Shown here: piece after piece, positions 28,162-39,326 of the stretch
How the letters are laid out: every line of letters starts with the position of its first letter
How positions within the stretch are numbered: the first letter of the stretch is position 1
DNA from: Barthelona sp. PCE
Taxonomy: Eukaryota
DNA length: 64,000 bases
Assembly: GCA_040285745.1 (NCBI GenBank)
Contig: JAUFOR010000002.1
Coordinates: 1,550,001-1,614,000 of the forward strand
Direction of reading: 5' to 3'
Made by a program: the position numbers and the translations under genes
The notes under the pieces: model-generated
Seen by the model: only the letters and a program-made list of their open reading frames with translations
Databases searched by the model: none
Told to the model about the DNA's origin: nothing

Positions 28162-29352
28162 ATGGAGCCAATTGTAATTGCTAGTGTTCCCGGTAACGAG
28201 CACGTAAGCGTCGTTAGGGCCGAAGAACCAGAATATGAGGAAGTTAACAAGCTTTTTGAGCATGCGCAAAAAATGCTTAAGTGTAGCTTCGATTTCGCGA
28301 CTGAACAACTTAGTAAGTTCAGCGGGGACGCGACAGTGTTGGGTTCTTTGCGTGAACGTCTGCATAGTCGCATCAGAGAGATTGCAGCTCTGCAAGTTGC
28401 AATTTCTGATGCTCAATTAGGTTGTTTACATGAGAGAGATCTTGCAATCGTTCTCATGCGAAAAATTAACGTGATGCGACTGCAGGAAATTCAAGATAGA
28501 CGCAAAATTCAAGCATTATTGCAACTTACGACAGAGGACAGTGAAGAAAACCGCAAACTCACACGGCCTACGTGGGAAGACTTGGGATTCGATAGCTTTG
28601 AAGAACAGAAAGAGCTGTTAACGGTTATGATGACATTGCGCAAAGAGGTGGATATCATCCGGGAGCACGGAAATCAAGAAGCTGAGTTTTCCTTAAGGCA
28701 GAGGGCTGCAGAAGAGACAAAACGTGCAACAGACCTGAATGAAGTTCACGCTGATATCGAAATATTTAACGAACGTTCGTGTGAATGTGAATCAAGTTTA
28801 CAGAGTGTGGTTCAGAGTGTTATCGAGGAGAAGTTTTATGGTCTTGAGCGTATCTTAACTATCAATCAGGAGATTGAGACACTGGATAAAGATATGAACG
28901 CCATAAACGCTAGAATTAGGCAAGTTCGTCAGGAAGCTCAAGCTCAAACTGCAGATAAAATGCAGAGCATTAAACGTTTCAGTGAAGAAGATAGGAACAA
29001 CTTGGCGAGCCAATGCGATAAGCATTCAGAGGAGATCACTTTGTTGAAGCAAGAAATACGAAATTCGAAACGAAAATATGAACGCAGTATTAAAGCAATG
29101 GATAAGGAACGTAAAATGAGCGAAAAGCACGTTTCAGAGGCACTTGCCAACCGTATGTTCTTATTTGAAGGGTTTGAAAACTCTATTGTGGTTTTGAAGA
29201 GAGATTTGAAAAAGTTGTTATTCTTCTATAATACTAAAGACATGAAAGAAGCCGATAAAACGCAATTAGATGAGGTAATCAACCGTCTTAATTTAGAAAT
29301 TAATTTGATTGAAAAGAAATTTACAACAATGAAAAATATTTTTGATGCTTAG
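28162..29352 (+). CDS. CCDC77: CCDC77-like centriolar coiled-coil protein
   Basis: LQVAISDAQ...ER...QEIQDRRKIQALL resembles the CCDC77 conserved block. Coiled coil. Confidence 0.65.
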   Translation: MEPIVIASVPGNEHVSVVRAEEPEYEEVNKLFEHAQKMLKCSFDFATEQLSKFSGDATVLGSLRERLHSRIREIAALQVAISDAQLGCLHERDLAIVLMRKINVMRLQEIQDRRKIQALLQLTTEDSEENRKLTRPTWEDLGFDSFEEQKELLTVMMTLRKEVDIIREHGNQEAEFSLRQRAAEETKRATDLNEVHADIEIFNERSCECESSLQSVVQSVIEEKFYGLERILTINQEIETLDKDMNAINARIRQVRQEAQAQTADKMQSIKRFSEEDRNNLASQCDKHSEEITLLKQEIRNSKRKYERSIKAMDKERKMSEKHVSEALANRMFLFEGFENSIVVLKRDLKKLLFFYNTKDMKEADKTQLDEVINRLNLEINLIEKKFTTMKNIFDA

Positions 29353-29353
29353 C

Positions 29354-30151
29354 TTAATTTGAGAACTTGTGAATAGAATGATTAAATGTGTTTGAGAATA
29401 CATAAAAGTCTTTTGTCTGGGTTGGTGCTTCTTCCTCTTTCCTATTTAACAGCGTATCATTCCTTTGACTCAAAAAATCTAAATGTTGTGGAATTGTAAC
29501 AAAGTCTGTGTCATTTTTTTTTACGGGTGCTACTTTAACGGTAAGCTTTTCTTCCCTTTCCCTACGTCTACGTTCACTGATCTCAAGAGCTTCTTTAGCA
29601 AGATCTCTTTCTGTGATTGAAGCTTGTCGTACTTTTCTTTTTGGTTTCCTAGTTTTCTTCTTTGTTGTTGTGAGCGTCTTATTTGCATCAGGGTTTGCGG
29701 GTTCAGATGTTATCACCCTGTCATACCTGTCAACAAGAAGTCCGTTTAATAGCTCCAATTGAGGAAGGACTTCAAGAACTCTTCTTCTGAACATTCTTTC
29801 TTTTTCTGCAGGATTTCCTCTTAAATCAAGACGTTTAAGTGATGTGAGTGTCTTCAACTTTGTCAGTAGTAAATCTAAATTGCGTAATCTGTTGTTTCTA
29901 ATGCTTAATACTTCCAAATGTTTTGGAAGAACAATGTCTGTGATTATGTTGGAGTTTGCATACAGCTCCCTGAGGGTTATATTATCCGAAAGCCCCACCA
30001 GATCTGTAATTTTGTTGCTATTCAACCACAAACGCTCCAAATTCGAAAAACGTCCTAAATCCGGAACGTATGTAAGCTCTTTATCGCTCAAATAAAGATC
30101 AATGCAACGCTTAGGATTCCCAGGATATACAGCTAGAACGATAGGATCCAT
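29354..30151 (-). CDS. Leucine-rich repeat protein (LRRC72-like)
   Basis: LxxLxLxxN repeats and LRRcap (LRGNP...R..V...LPQLELLNG). Confidence 0.8.
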   Translation of the reverse strand: MDPIVLAVYPGNPKRCIDLYLSDKELTYVPDLGRFSNLERLWLNSNKITDLVGLSDNITLRELYANSNIITDIVLPKHLEVLSIRNNRLRNLDLLLTKLKTLTSLKRLDLRGNPAEKERMFRRRVLEVLPQLELLNGLLVDRYDRVITSEPANPDANKTLTTTKKKTRKPKRKVRQASITERDLAKEALEISERRRREREEKLTVKVAPVKKNDTDFVTIPQHLDFLSQRNDTLLNRKEEEAPTQTKDFYVFSNTFNHSIHKFSN

Positions 30152-30367
30152 CACAAAAAGGAAGATATTTATAAAACACATTTATAATTCAGAATCGAAA
30201 AGTATTGTTGTTTTGACTTTTTATTGGTGAGCTATACCACGTTTGATAAATATTATGAATATTGAAAGTCATGTTGGTGTTGAACTTTAATCATGATACT
30301 GTGAAATTCATTATTAAACACATTTTATTCACATTCATAATGAATGTTTACTATTCATGCTTGTTGT

Positions 30368-31130
30368 TTAACAAGCACAAGGATTCTCATCATCAGCTGG
30401 GGGAAGACTGGTTTCCGTTGTGTTAGAGATTGCCCATAAGTCAGTTGTATCATCAGTGTGGTTAGCAAGAGCCAATTCACTGGCCTTCATAAAAGCTTCA
30501 GTTACGTTAATGTTTAGTTTTGCGCTGACTTCTATATAATTCTCCACATTTATGTTGCTCTTGTGGCACCATGCTCTGACTTCTTCCTCGAGGATAACCG
30601 AGTCATTGGCAAGATCACACTTGTTGGCAACAACAACGAAAGGGAAGTTATCGACATCAGTAGGACCGGCCTGAACCAGGAATTCTCTGTGCCAATTAAT
30701 AAGCTTGTCAAAAGACTTACCATCAGTGATATCGAATACCAAAATGCAAGCATGAGCACCACGGTAGAAAGTAACACCTAAAGATTGGAATCTTTCTTGA
30801 CCAGCAGTATCCCAAAGTTGGAGGGAGACAGGAGTACCTTGTACGAGGACTTCTTTGCTGACGAAATCGGCTCCAATAGTAGCACGATATTGGTTGGAGT
30901 ATCTCTTTGCTGTGAACTGATTCATCAAACAGGTTTTGCCTACACTAAATATTAGATAATTTTTGATCCCTTGACCCTGAATTTGTGAAAATAATGTATT
31001 TTGCAACGAAATAGAGCTGTTAAAGTGCTCCTCTCATTTGCTTGATTTAAATCCCCAATATCCTTCGTGATCGTGATACATACCCGGCATCACCAAGCAA
31101 GATAATCTTCTGAAGTGTTTTCTCAGACAT
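30368..31130 (-). CDS. RAB7: Rab7 GTPase; exons 31130-31084 and 30944-30368
   Basis: Spliced P-loop LLGDAGVGKT, YRATIGADF, WDTAGQERFQSLG, NKCD, C-terminal CAC prenylation motif. Confidence 0.92.
30945..31083 (-). other. Spliceosomal intron, 139 nt
   Basis: GTATGT...ATCTAATATTTAG. Removal restores the GDAG-VGKT P-loop. Confidence 0.93.
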
Positions 31131-31287
31131 GAAAAGCAAAAATAAATGAAATATGGGGTTTCAGTTCACTTTGATAGTGGTAAGGGCGACTCATTCTAAT
31201 TTATGTGTCATTAATGACCTTTATTAAGCGTAATAGAACTTGTAGAACTTGTTTCACTTTTTCACACGTTTTGGCGCCTCTACAAGA

Positions 31288-33669
31288 ATGAGCTTGTTTG
31301 GTTTGGGCGACTCATGGGAGTATCGTATTTCTGGGACAGAGGAGTTTGCGCACGGCTCTTTTTTGTATTCTAATATTGATAATTGTGATAAGGGCGATAA
31401 GAAGATTGTTATAGCTAGTATTCAGGGTAATATGAGCATATTTCAGCCTCAGACGACCACTTTTAGTCAGGGTAACCTCCTAATGGAGCACGATTTTCAA
31501 CAACCTGTTTATCAGATCCTTGATGGACGTTTTGTACCTGGAAGCGATGCAATAGGTCTCGCAGTGTTGCATCCCCGTAGTTTATCTGTCTATATTGTAC
31601 AGAATGACGGTGATAGTTATTCGATTCACGAAATTTACACGCATACAATGAGTCGCAATGTTTTTTCAATGACTAAATTCTGTGTTGACTCCAACAGCTC
31701 GGATGATGGTATCGTTGTACAGTCTGCAGACGGAGTATGGTATTTCTACGAGCAAGACACGAGATCATTTGATGTATCTCTGTTAAGCTTCCTAATTCCT
31801 TCGGCTTTGACGTACTGTGCACCATCAGACTCTTTTATTTGCTTCAACTCATCGTTAGTTGTCTGTAGTTATCGATATCAGTCGTTAAGCGCTGCAAATA
31901 ACGCCGCTTCTAACGTCAAAGCGGACTGGACGTTCAATATTGGTGAGCAAGTGCTCGATATTATCATTGCAGAAGTTCCATTCACGCAGCGTAGCCAGAG
32001 TGGCAGTGCGCGAGAAACGGAGATCATTTTAGTGTGTGAACATTCCATCTTTGTGTTGGATGTTCGCGGTACGCTCCGTATGCAACTAAGACTCGGTTAT
32101 TTTCCCCTTGCAGCATGTACATATGTTGTTCCATCGGGAAATCAGTCCATTTTGGTCATTGCAACCGATACTAACGATGTGCTCGTGTACCAGGGTAGTG
32201 ATTTGAAGTGGATGGCCAAAACCACATCTATTTTGAACGCCATCACGGTAGGTACAGTTGAGAGGCAGGAAGGTATGTTCTTGACACTCTCTGAGGATAA
32301 CTTTGTTCGTGCCAGCTTTTTAGGAACAACTCCGACGAAGCGTACGTTCACATTGGTAAATGATCGTAGACCCTTGACTCAGATCGAGAAGCGTAAAGCA
32401 AAGGTGCTGAAACAGGTACATAAGATTACACAGAGGTCGTCATCAACAGTTTCTACTAATGATGATGAAGCACCAATGAGCATGAATCTTTTTGTTGATG
32501 ATATTTTCAGTTTTGAAAACGGTGTTGGTATGACGCTTAAAGTATTTGTGAGTTACACAGGTGAACACTTGACTGAAGCACATGTATCAGTCCAAGCACC
32601 GGCTCCATTCCACAGCAATCCACCAACACAACGTGTAGAGTTACGCCCCGGTTCGACCACCCCTCGCCCTTTGGAGTTCAACCTCGTTTTAGAGAGCCAA
32701 GAAAGTTTGCCTGGTTGTCTTGAGGTAAACGTCAATGTTCTAGCTCCAAAGAAGAAGAGTCTAGTGCAGATGATGTCCTGTTTCGACTCAATCATGTTGC
32801 CGTTGACAGCTGTAAGCAAGCCCACCTCAACAGGAAGCCTGCGTTTTAAGCACAACTGGGATGTACCGGCAGAGTTGAAACTTGAACATATACTAGATGA
32901 TGATCTGCGATGTGATCCTGACATTGTTAACAATATTCAGTTTGAGAAGATCGGTTTTGAGTTTTTGACTGGTGATCTTGCTTCCATTATGATTCGCAAT
33001 GGACGGGTTGTGATTGAAGGTAGTTCATATCATGCAATTTCGTTGTTAACCCAAAAATTGATTGCTTTCGTATGGGAAGTAAGCGAAGATAAGAATGAAA
33101 CTAATTATCGTTTTAATGACGAAGTTCCAATCGAGGCACTATTAGATCTGATAGAAGATATTCACAAGGATGAAGGTGTAATGAAAGAGATAGATGATCA
33201 GATCCACCAAGATGGAGGTTTCCTCCGAACAATTCAGAAGAGACTACTCAGTCATTTCAGATCAAAAAGTCCCAGTGACCTTATGGCTTTACATACATTA
33301 TATTCAGCTGCTCAGGCTGAAATATTAAATCATTTAGGCGAAGCACAGCATCATCAGAAGCATTTATTGAACAAAAAACGTGAGCTAATGGCTCTAGGTC
33401 GCCTCACAGTAATGACAACAAGTGGTTCTTATGATATTGATCTTTTGAACACATCAACTCTAGAAGGTGTTCTGGGTAATCCTATTCGTGATGATGACTA
33501 TCACGCATTTGTTAACAACGCCAGTCTTTGGTTTTATGCTACTTTATCTCGAACAGATGTTAAGAAGGTAAGGCAAACAAAGCTGCGAAAGAGTATTTCT
33601 AAGGTTTTTGAAAGGTTGGTATCTGGTCACCGCTTAAAGCCTGCTGAATCAGCTGAAGAGAATTCATGA
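31288..33669 (+). CDS. BBS9: BBSome subunit BBS9/PTHB1
   Basis: MSLF..DSW...EEF N-terminus, LAVLHPR, VQSADG, FLGT, FLRTIQKRLL. Confidence 0.9.
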   Translation: MSLFGLGDSWEYRISGTEEFAHGSFLYSNIDNCDKGDKKIVIASIQGNMSIFQPQTTTFSQGNLLMEHDFQQPVYQILDGRFVPGSDAIGLAVLHPRSLSVYIVQNDGDSYSIHEIYTHTMSRNVFSMTKFCVDSNSSDDGIVVQSADGVWYFYEQDTRSFDVSLLSFLIPSALTYCAPSDSFICFNSSLVVCSYRYQSLSAANNAASNVKADWTFNIGEQVLDIIIAEVPFTQRSQSGSARETEIILVCEHSIFVLDVRGTLRMQLRLGYFPLAACTYVVPSGNQSILVIATDTNDVLVYQGSDLKWMAKTTSILNAITVGTVERQEGMFLTLSEDNFVRASFLGTTPTKRTFTLVNDRRPLTQIEKRKAKVLKQVHKITQRSSSTVSTNDDEAPMSMNLFVDDIFSFENGVGMTLKVFVSYTGEHLTEAHVSVQAPAPFHSNPPTQRVELRPGSTTPRPLEFNLVLESQESLPGCLEVNVNVLAPKKKSLVQMMSCFDSIMLPLTAVSKPTSTGSLRFKHNWDVPAELKLEHILDDDLRCDPDIVNNIQFEKIGFEFLTGDLASIMIRNGRVVIEGSSYHAISLLTQKLIAFVWEVSEDKNETNYRFNDEVPIEALLDLIEDIHKDEGVMKEIDDQIHQDGGFLRTIQKRLLSHFRSKSPSDLMALHTLYSAAQAEILNHLGEAQHHQKHLLNKKRELMALGRLTVMTTSGSYDIDLLNTSTLEGVLGNPIRDDDYHAFVNNASLWFYATLSRTDVKKVRQTKLRKSISKVFERLVSGHRLKPAESAEENS

Positions 33670-34034
33670 ATGTAAAGACAAATTGTAAAGATTGTAAAAG
33701 TGATGATGAAAATATGCTTCAATTTAGCAAGTATGCTAAAATATTTGTCTCTATTGTGGATCGCCAGACGGTATAAGCGTCTAATTATGAATGAAATAAT
33801 GAGTACAATGAGTAGAATAACAAGAGCCAAAAGTATATGTACTTTACCATTCTGTATCATAGTTCCTAGTATGAAAAATAAAACGCAAAGCAATAGTTTG
33901 TACCACTTTTTCACCTTTGCACCAGTTGTTTCAGCCCATGATATAAATTCTTTATCTTTCTCAGTTTGATAATTGTTTTTAAGCTTCTCCTTCATTTCAG
34001 GAGTAAAGTCCTCAATAGGAATTTCCTTTTTCAT
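33627..34034 (-). CDS. Small membrane protein (about 3 TM)
   Basis: 135-aa ATG ORF with hydrophobic segments. 3' end overlaps BBS9. Confidence 0.55.
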   Translation of the reverse strand: MKKEIPIEDFTPEMKEKLKNNYQTEKDKEFISWAETTGAKVKKWYKLLLCVLFFILGTMIQNGKVHILLALVILLIVLIISFIIRRLYRLAIHNRDKYFSILAKLKHIFIITFTIFTICLYIHEFSSADSAGFKR

Positions 34035-34106
34035 ATTAAAATATTGATATATTAAAAAGAAGAAGTAGAAAATAGATTTACAAGATAATAAAAAAAAGTG
34101 CTCTAA

Positions 34107-35057
34107 TTAATCACCGTGTAGAGAAACTGATTTTAAAATGTCAATAGAATTTTCAACTGTAACGCTCAAATTACAATTTTCTTGGGTCTTTTTAAATGCT
34201 GATTTATCTGTAACCAGTTCAACATGTCTTGAGAAGATCTTCTTATATTCCAAAACAACCGAATCATTAAATGCGTATTTAATAATGTAATCAAAAGATT
34301 TGAGTGGAAAAAGTAATATTGATATAAACCGACCAATTGATAATATATCTTTACGTTTTCGCAAGAAACAAAAACGTTTTGGTACCGGTTTACCAGTCAA
34401 TGTACCATTGAATTTCTCTGTAAACCAAATTTCCTCCGAAAATGAAACGTCTTGATCCATCAATGAACAACTGGTTTTAAATGTATCAATAGCTGTTACA
34501 TATTCATCAGAAGTCTTGTCGTCGTAGGGTACAGCTTGAATACCCAAACAAATACAATAGTCTCTGTCGGAAGGTAATTCAGGTATTTCACTAACATCTG
34601 CCCAGTACTTTGCTGTGAATGATAGGAACCGCTTCTCTCCTGTTGAGTTGATTGTGACCGAACACGACGACGAGGTAAGGCGTGTGAGCAGGTCCATCAG
34701 GTTCTTTCTTTCATATATTACATCATGAGAAGCTGTTGGAATTGTATACAGTGATATGGAACTCAAAACCATACCAAGAAGCCCCCATATGATCGATTGA
34801 AGAAAGAAACATAGTACAAAGCACAAATAGCTCACTAAATCGATGCTAAGCATTGTAAAAAAATATGCTTTTCGTATTGATGGTTCTGACTTCTTCTTAA
34901 GCCACCCTAAGACAGCAAAAACGCACGGAAAAATGCATACAATCGTCAAACATAAAAGAACTATGAAAGGAAGTTCTATAGTTGCTACAGAAGCAATTGT
35001 GAGGAAAACTAGAAGGAAACACACGCATATGTTTGCGCAGACCTCAAAGCCTAACAT
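34107..35057 (-). CDS. Membrane protein, possibly TMEM151-like
   Basis: Four N-terminal TM segments and a soluble region containing YWADVS. Confidence 0.6.
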   Translation of the reverse strand: MLGFEVCANICVCFLLVFLTIASVATIELPFIVLLCLTIVCIFPCVFAVLGWLKKKSEPSIRKAYFFTMLSIDLVSYLCFVLCFFLQSIIWGLLGMVLSSISLYTIPTASHDVIYERKNLMDLLTRLTSSSCSVTINSTGEKRFLSFTAKYWADVSEIPELPSDRDYCICLGIQAVPYDDKTSDEYVTAIDTFKTSCSLMDQDVSFSEEIWFTEKFNGTLTGKPVPKRFCFLRKRKDILSIGRFISILLFPLKSFDYIIKYAFNDSVVLEYKKIFSRHVELVTDKSAFKKTQENCNLSVTVENSIDILKSVSLHGD

Positions 35058-35224
35058 TGAAAAGACATGAAAATTAGAATACGACCAGTGTACATTACAA
35101 TGTTTTGATTTTTGGTGAATTTATTTGAGATGACTTGAGTGTTTGACGCTTGTGAACTTTATTATGCTTAAATAACTTGAAAAACTCTGAATTTCAATTT
35201 TCAGATAGTATCTATTTCTAAAAT

Positions 35225-35872
35225 ATGTTCAATGTGCTTCCAGCAGTGCTACTGGGTCTGTTTAGCTTGGTTTTATTAATTATGGGGCGTTTAGGTTTCT
35301 TTTCCAAGTCAAAGGTTTCCCTTATGAGATTACCAAAGGGTTTTCTGGTGTATAGATTGGTCCAATGTGACTTTGACAAGATTGGAAAAGAACAATCAGC
35401 TTTTATCACGGAACTTTCTAGGGATAATATGCTTTTTAAGGATGCTGCAATATTTTGTATTGTTGCAACTCCCAGTAAGTATCACCTTGGTGCAAAAAAC
35501 TTGTTTGTCATTGGTGTTCTTGTTAAAGATTGCGAGGAACAGGATGATCTTATTTCAGATGTTATTGCCTCAAACCAATACCTTTACACTCGTATGACAG
35601 ATGACATATCCTCCTATTGCGCAGCAGTAGATCTCCCTAATCGCTTCAGCATCTACTACGCACCAACAAAGGCATACGGTTCATTATCAAAGCGTTTGCG
35701 CGCAGATGATACAAAGATTTGTGACTTTTCAATGGAGGTTCAAGTTCGCAGCCACTATTTTGTATACCAACCACTGGAGTTTCCGGATAGTTGGAACAAT
35801 TTGTTCAGAGAGATTGTGGACAAGTATGATGTGAAGCATCCTTTCTTATTGGAACAATTGGAAGGGTTTTAG
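35225..35872 (+). CDS. Signal-anchored protein, possibly TEX264/GyrI-like fold
   Basis: N-terminal TM followed by a ~180-aa globular domain. Family call tentative. Confidence 0.6.
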   Translation: MFNVLPAVLLGLFSLVLLIMGRLGFFSKSKVSLMRLPKGFLVYRLVQCDFDKIGKEQSAFITELSRDNMLFKDAAIFCIVATPSKYHLGAKNLFVIGVLVKDCEEQDDLISDVIASNQYLYTRMTDDISSYCAAVDLPNRFSIYYAPTKAYGSLSKRLRADDTKICDFSMEVQVRSHYFVYQPLEFPDSWNNLFREIVDKYDVKHPFLLEQLEGF

Positions 35873-36133
35873 GTATATCGGCGGGGTTTTATGGCACGAT
35901 AAACATAAACAGGTGTTTGAAACAGAACTGTTTTATTCCACATTAAGTGAAAAATTTCAGCGTTTTTGTTTCATCTCTCAATAAATGTAGATAGGGTTAC
36001 ATAATGATCTTTAGTGAATTTCATTTGTATTTGTACCTGTTTAAACATATAAATACTATTTTGTTTTGTTTTTCTAAATCTGTTCTCTTTCCCATGTTCC
36101 TCTTTTGAATTATTGAAAAAAATGTAGTTCGTT

Positions 36134-36562
36134 ATGCAATGTTCGGGCAATTGTAAGAGAAACATTCTAAGGATTATGTTGGCGTTAATTTTATTGGTTA
36201 GCATCAGTTTGTTACATTTTCATGAAAGTATAGATGGAAACACGTTGGATTTAATGATTTTATTCGCTTTTATTCTATTTTTGGTGATAATAGTGATCGT
36301 AATACGATTGTTGAAATCAAACCAAAGATCTAGACGGTCAAACATGTATTTTTCGATGAATGATACACTAGACATCGATACATCCATTAGAACAACCAAG
36401 AAATCCACTGGAAAAGCAAAAACTAACAAATATGATACGATTTACACGTATACCGACTTGGATATTGATGAAAAAGTACATCCCCTGCTGCAAGCAGGTA
36501 ATATCCTAGGTTCTGTACCCACTGGTTTCACTCCAGACTGGGAATATGTTCCAAGTGATTAG
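36134..36562 (+). CDS. Small membrane protein (signal peptide plus TM)
   Basis: 142-aa ORF with two hydrophobic segments. Start may be 36176. Confidence 0.55.
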   Translation: MQCSGNCKRNILRIMLALILLVSISLLHFHESIDGNTLDLMILFAFILFLVIIVIVIRLLKSNQRSRRSNMYFSMNDTLDIDTSIRTTKKSTGKAKTNKYDTIYTYTDLDIDEKVHPLLQAGNILGSVPTGFTPDWEYVPSD

Positions 36563-36570
36563 CTTTTGTA

Positions 36571-36909
36571 TCAATCGTTACTTTCCTTCGGCTTTTCAAA
36601 TACCTGTTCATGGTACAGTTTCAAGCGTTGAATTTCCTGAGATACAGGATGATCATCAGTCGAGTAGTCATTTATATGCAATAAACTCTTAACTAAAACA
36701 TTATATCCATATGCAATGCTGTATAACAACTGAGATTTTTTATGCTTTGGGATGCTATCATCGTCTAGCACCCGTTTAAGGTTAATTTCATCTAATTCTG
36801 CAAGCATAGTCTCAACATTATCAAGTTGTTTAGGTAATGCACTGATCGATTCAATTGCAACTTCCCCAAGGAGCACTTCCAAGAGCTCAAAGTCTTCACA
36901 TGCTTCCAT
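36571..36909 (-). CDS. C1D: C1D/Rrp47 (Sas10/C1D domain) exosome cofactor
   Basis: AYGYNVL...L.IN....DHPVSQEIQRLKLY. Confidence 0.75.
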   Translation of the reverse strand: MEACEDFELLEVLLGEVAIESISALPKQLDNVETMLAELDEINLKRVLDDDSIPKHKKSQLLYSIAYGYNVLVKSLLHINDYSTDDHPVSQEIQRLKLYHEQVFEKPKESND

Positions 36910-36992
36910 TAAAAGCAAATAGTGTTGAAAGAGGGTGTATTTGGTTTAATAACCGTTTTGCTTCGGTTTTTTGCACATTTACTTTTAAATAC

Positions 36993-38105
36993 ATGTTTAA
37001 TGGGCGTGAATATGAGGGCATTTGTAATTATTGTGGTAGCAGACGTTTTAATGAGATAAATGGTCAACCTCACTGTGCTAACTGTGGTTCAGCAGTTGCA
37101 AATGTCATCATGGAAACACAGGAGTACGATTTTGACTCCAGGCAGCACACTCAACAGTCTGCTGCTCTTGAATCCATTAAGGTACAGAAAAGAAGTAATA
37201 CAGATATTTTTGCAACAATTCAAGCAATGCTTTTGGATGATGTTATGGCAACTCTACAGTTCATTGCTCAAGATGACAAATTAGCACAGTTGATCGATTT
37301 TCGACAATATCCTCTTTTAAAAAGATTAAATTCTTACTGGAAACGTTTGTTAGATCATTTGTTCGACACATCACAGTTAAATTTTTTTAGTTTTATGAGG
37401 AGCAAACGTCGTTTCACAGTTGCTTTTTTGTATTTAATTTTTAGAAGTTTTTCTTTGCCTATTGACATAGGATATATAGTAAGAATACTGAAACACCCCT
37501 TTTTAGGTAACCACGTTCATATTTATCGTGTTTATTTTCACATAATTCGCTTAGGAATTTTCTCTGTTCCAAGCTCTAATTTACCTTTGATTTATTGTTA
37601 TTATTTCACTGAAACATGCCCTCGCTTCATCAACACATTCATTAATTCCCAGTTGAAACACATTGTGACGGACAGCTATGAGATCGACGTAATTTTGTTA
37701 GAGCTTACTTGTTTCTGTTGTCAATTTATAAAGTATATTTCTTCTAATGGTGGTATAGAGTTTTTAAATATTCAAGAGAAGGATTTGCAAGAGGATTACA
37801 GAGAGTTTCGTTCTTTTGTTGTGCGTATTTTAGATTTTCCACGAATTTTTTTAGTTGAATCTGCTATTGATCAAGCTAAACTCTCCAAATATAAGTTGGT
37901 AGATATCATTGAGCGATTGTTTTATAATCTCAGAAGTCATTTTTGTATATTTTTTACAAGTATAGTCTTTCACAACTTTAAGAGGGTTTTTAATCAAAAT
38001 CAATGTGAGTTACCAACTAAATTTTCTTCCTACACACTGGTATCCACAGAATATCTCCCGGTTACAAGTCAAGATGAATCAGAAACTGATACTTTGTCAG
38101 AATAA
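36993..38105 (+). CDS. Zinc-ribbon protein, TAF1B/Rrn7-like (Pol I initiation factor)
   Basis: N-terminal CxxC...F...NG...CxxCG ribbon followed by a helical region. Confidence 0.6.
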   Translation: MFNGREYEGICNYCGSRRFNEINGQPHCANCGSAVANVIMETQEYDFDSRQHTQQSAALESIKVQKRSNTDIFATIQAMLLDDVMATLQFIAQDDKLAQLIDFRQYPLLKRLNSYWKRLLDHLFDTSQLNFFSFMRSKRRFTVAFLYLIFRSFSLPIDIGYIVRILKHPFLGNHVHIYRVYFHIIRLGIFSVPSSNLPLIYCYYFTETCPRFINTFINSQLKHIVTDSYEIDVILLELTCFCCQFIKYISSNGGIEFLNIQEKDLQEDYREFRSFVVRILDFPRIFLVESAIDQAKLSKYKLVDIIERLFYNLRSHFCIFFTSIVFHNFKRVFNQNQCELPTKFSSYTLVSTEYLPVTSQDESETDTLSE

Positions 38106-38145
38106 ATTGTTATCTTTTTTTTTGCCTAATTCACCATTCAAAATA

Positions 38146-39315
38146 ATGGAAACCGGCACATATTCATGTCTTCGGGGCTTTAGATCGCAAAATCTTGATT
38201 TTTCTCTTGTAATGGGAAATCATACAAATTTGCTTCATCAATTTCCAATCCCTTTCATTTCTGATGCAGATGAGACAGGCGCATTTGCACAGGTTATATT
38301 TGATGTTATATTTGACGATGCAGTTGTAGCTGATAAGAGGAGTTATTATGCTGCTGTTGTATCTGATGCATTACATGGAAGGTTTAACTGTTTAACCTTC
38401 CTGGACAAGGATATCAGCCCGATGCAGAAACTGTGCGTCGTACTTCTTCAGGAGAAACGAATAGCAAACGAAGCACTGATTGAGGCAGGTTTTGAATGCC
38501 TCAGTTTGCTTCGTACTGGTGATGGGGCGGTTGCAGCAGCACTGGGACAATGGTTTTCATTCGATATGGACGATGCACGCTTCTCTATTGTACCATACGA
38601 TGCTTTGATAATTCGTCTATGTGAAGTTCTCACTACCCTTTCAGATGATGTTGTAGCTCGTTTCCTTGCCAATTGCAACATCCATGTTTTTGATTCGCTA
38701 CAGAACAATCATAATTTCACGGATGCTTTTAAAGGCTATGTGGAAATTTTTGGTAGAGCTCTTCCATTATTTTTTTCTGCAAGAAGTGAGACTTGGCATT
38801 GTGACACCGGTTTTTTCTTTGTTAACTTTGCAGTTATGTTTATACAAGCTACACAATCGGTGATTCGTTCTCTTGAGAAGGATTTCCTTGATATATTTAC
38901 CAATAATCTATTTATACTAATGCGTAACTTCCATATGCTAACCCGTGATGAGGCAATTCCACTACCACTCCTTATTTTAAATTTCTTTCAAGGAAACAAA
39001 GTTGTTTTGGAGCCGTATTATACGCAATATATCAATTGCTTCCTTTACACATTGGAGCGTCTGTTGAAAGATAATATGTTGGCTTATACCAGTGTGGGAA
39101 CGATGGAGGAGCACTTTCGCTTCATTGAAAAATTCGGAACCAACAATCATATGATGCAGCTTGTTGATGTTCAAAGTCGTGTTCAGCCTCTTGAGGCTGA
39201 TTATGAGCTTGAAGAAGAGCTTAGGAAGAAGGGTATTGATATAGACCAGTTTAAAGATGATTTCGAACCCAGTATTGATAATCTCACACTAGATGATTTG
39301 GACATTGTTTACTAG
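38146..39315 (+). CDS. Hypothetical helical-repeat-like protein
   Basis: Long ORF with likely ATG at 38146. Confidence 0.65.
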   Translation: METGTYSCLRGFRSQNLDFSLVMGNHTNLLHQFPIPFISDADETGAFAQVIFDVIFDDAVVADKRSYYAAVVSDALHGRFNCLTFLDKDISPMQKLCVVLLQEKRIANEALIEAGFECLSLLRTGDGAVAAALGQWFSFDMDDARFSIVPYDALIIRLCEVLTTLSDDVVARFLANCNIHVFDSLQNNHNFTDAFKGYVEIFGRALPLFFSARSETWHCDTGFFFVNFAVMFIQATQSVIRSLEKDFLDIFTNNLFILMRNFHMLTRDEAIPLPLLILNFFQGNKVVLEPYYTQYINCFLYTLERLLKDNMLAYTSVGTMEEHFRFIEKFGTNNHMMQLVDVQSRVQPLEADYELEEELRKKGIDIDQFKDDFEPSIDNLTLDDLDIVY

Positions 39316-39326
39316 ATATAATATGA

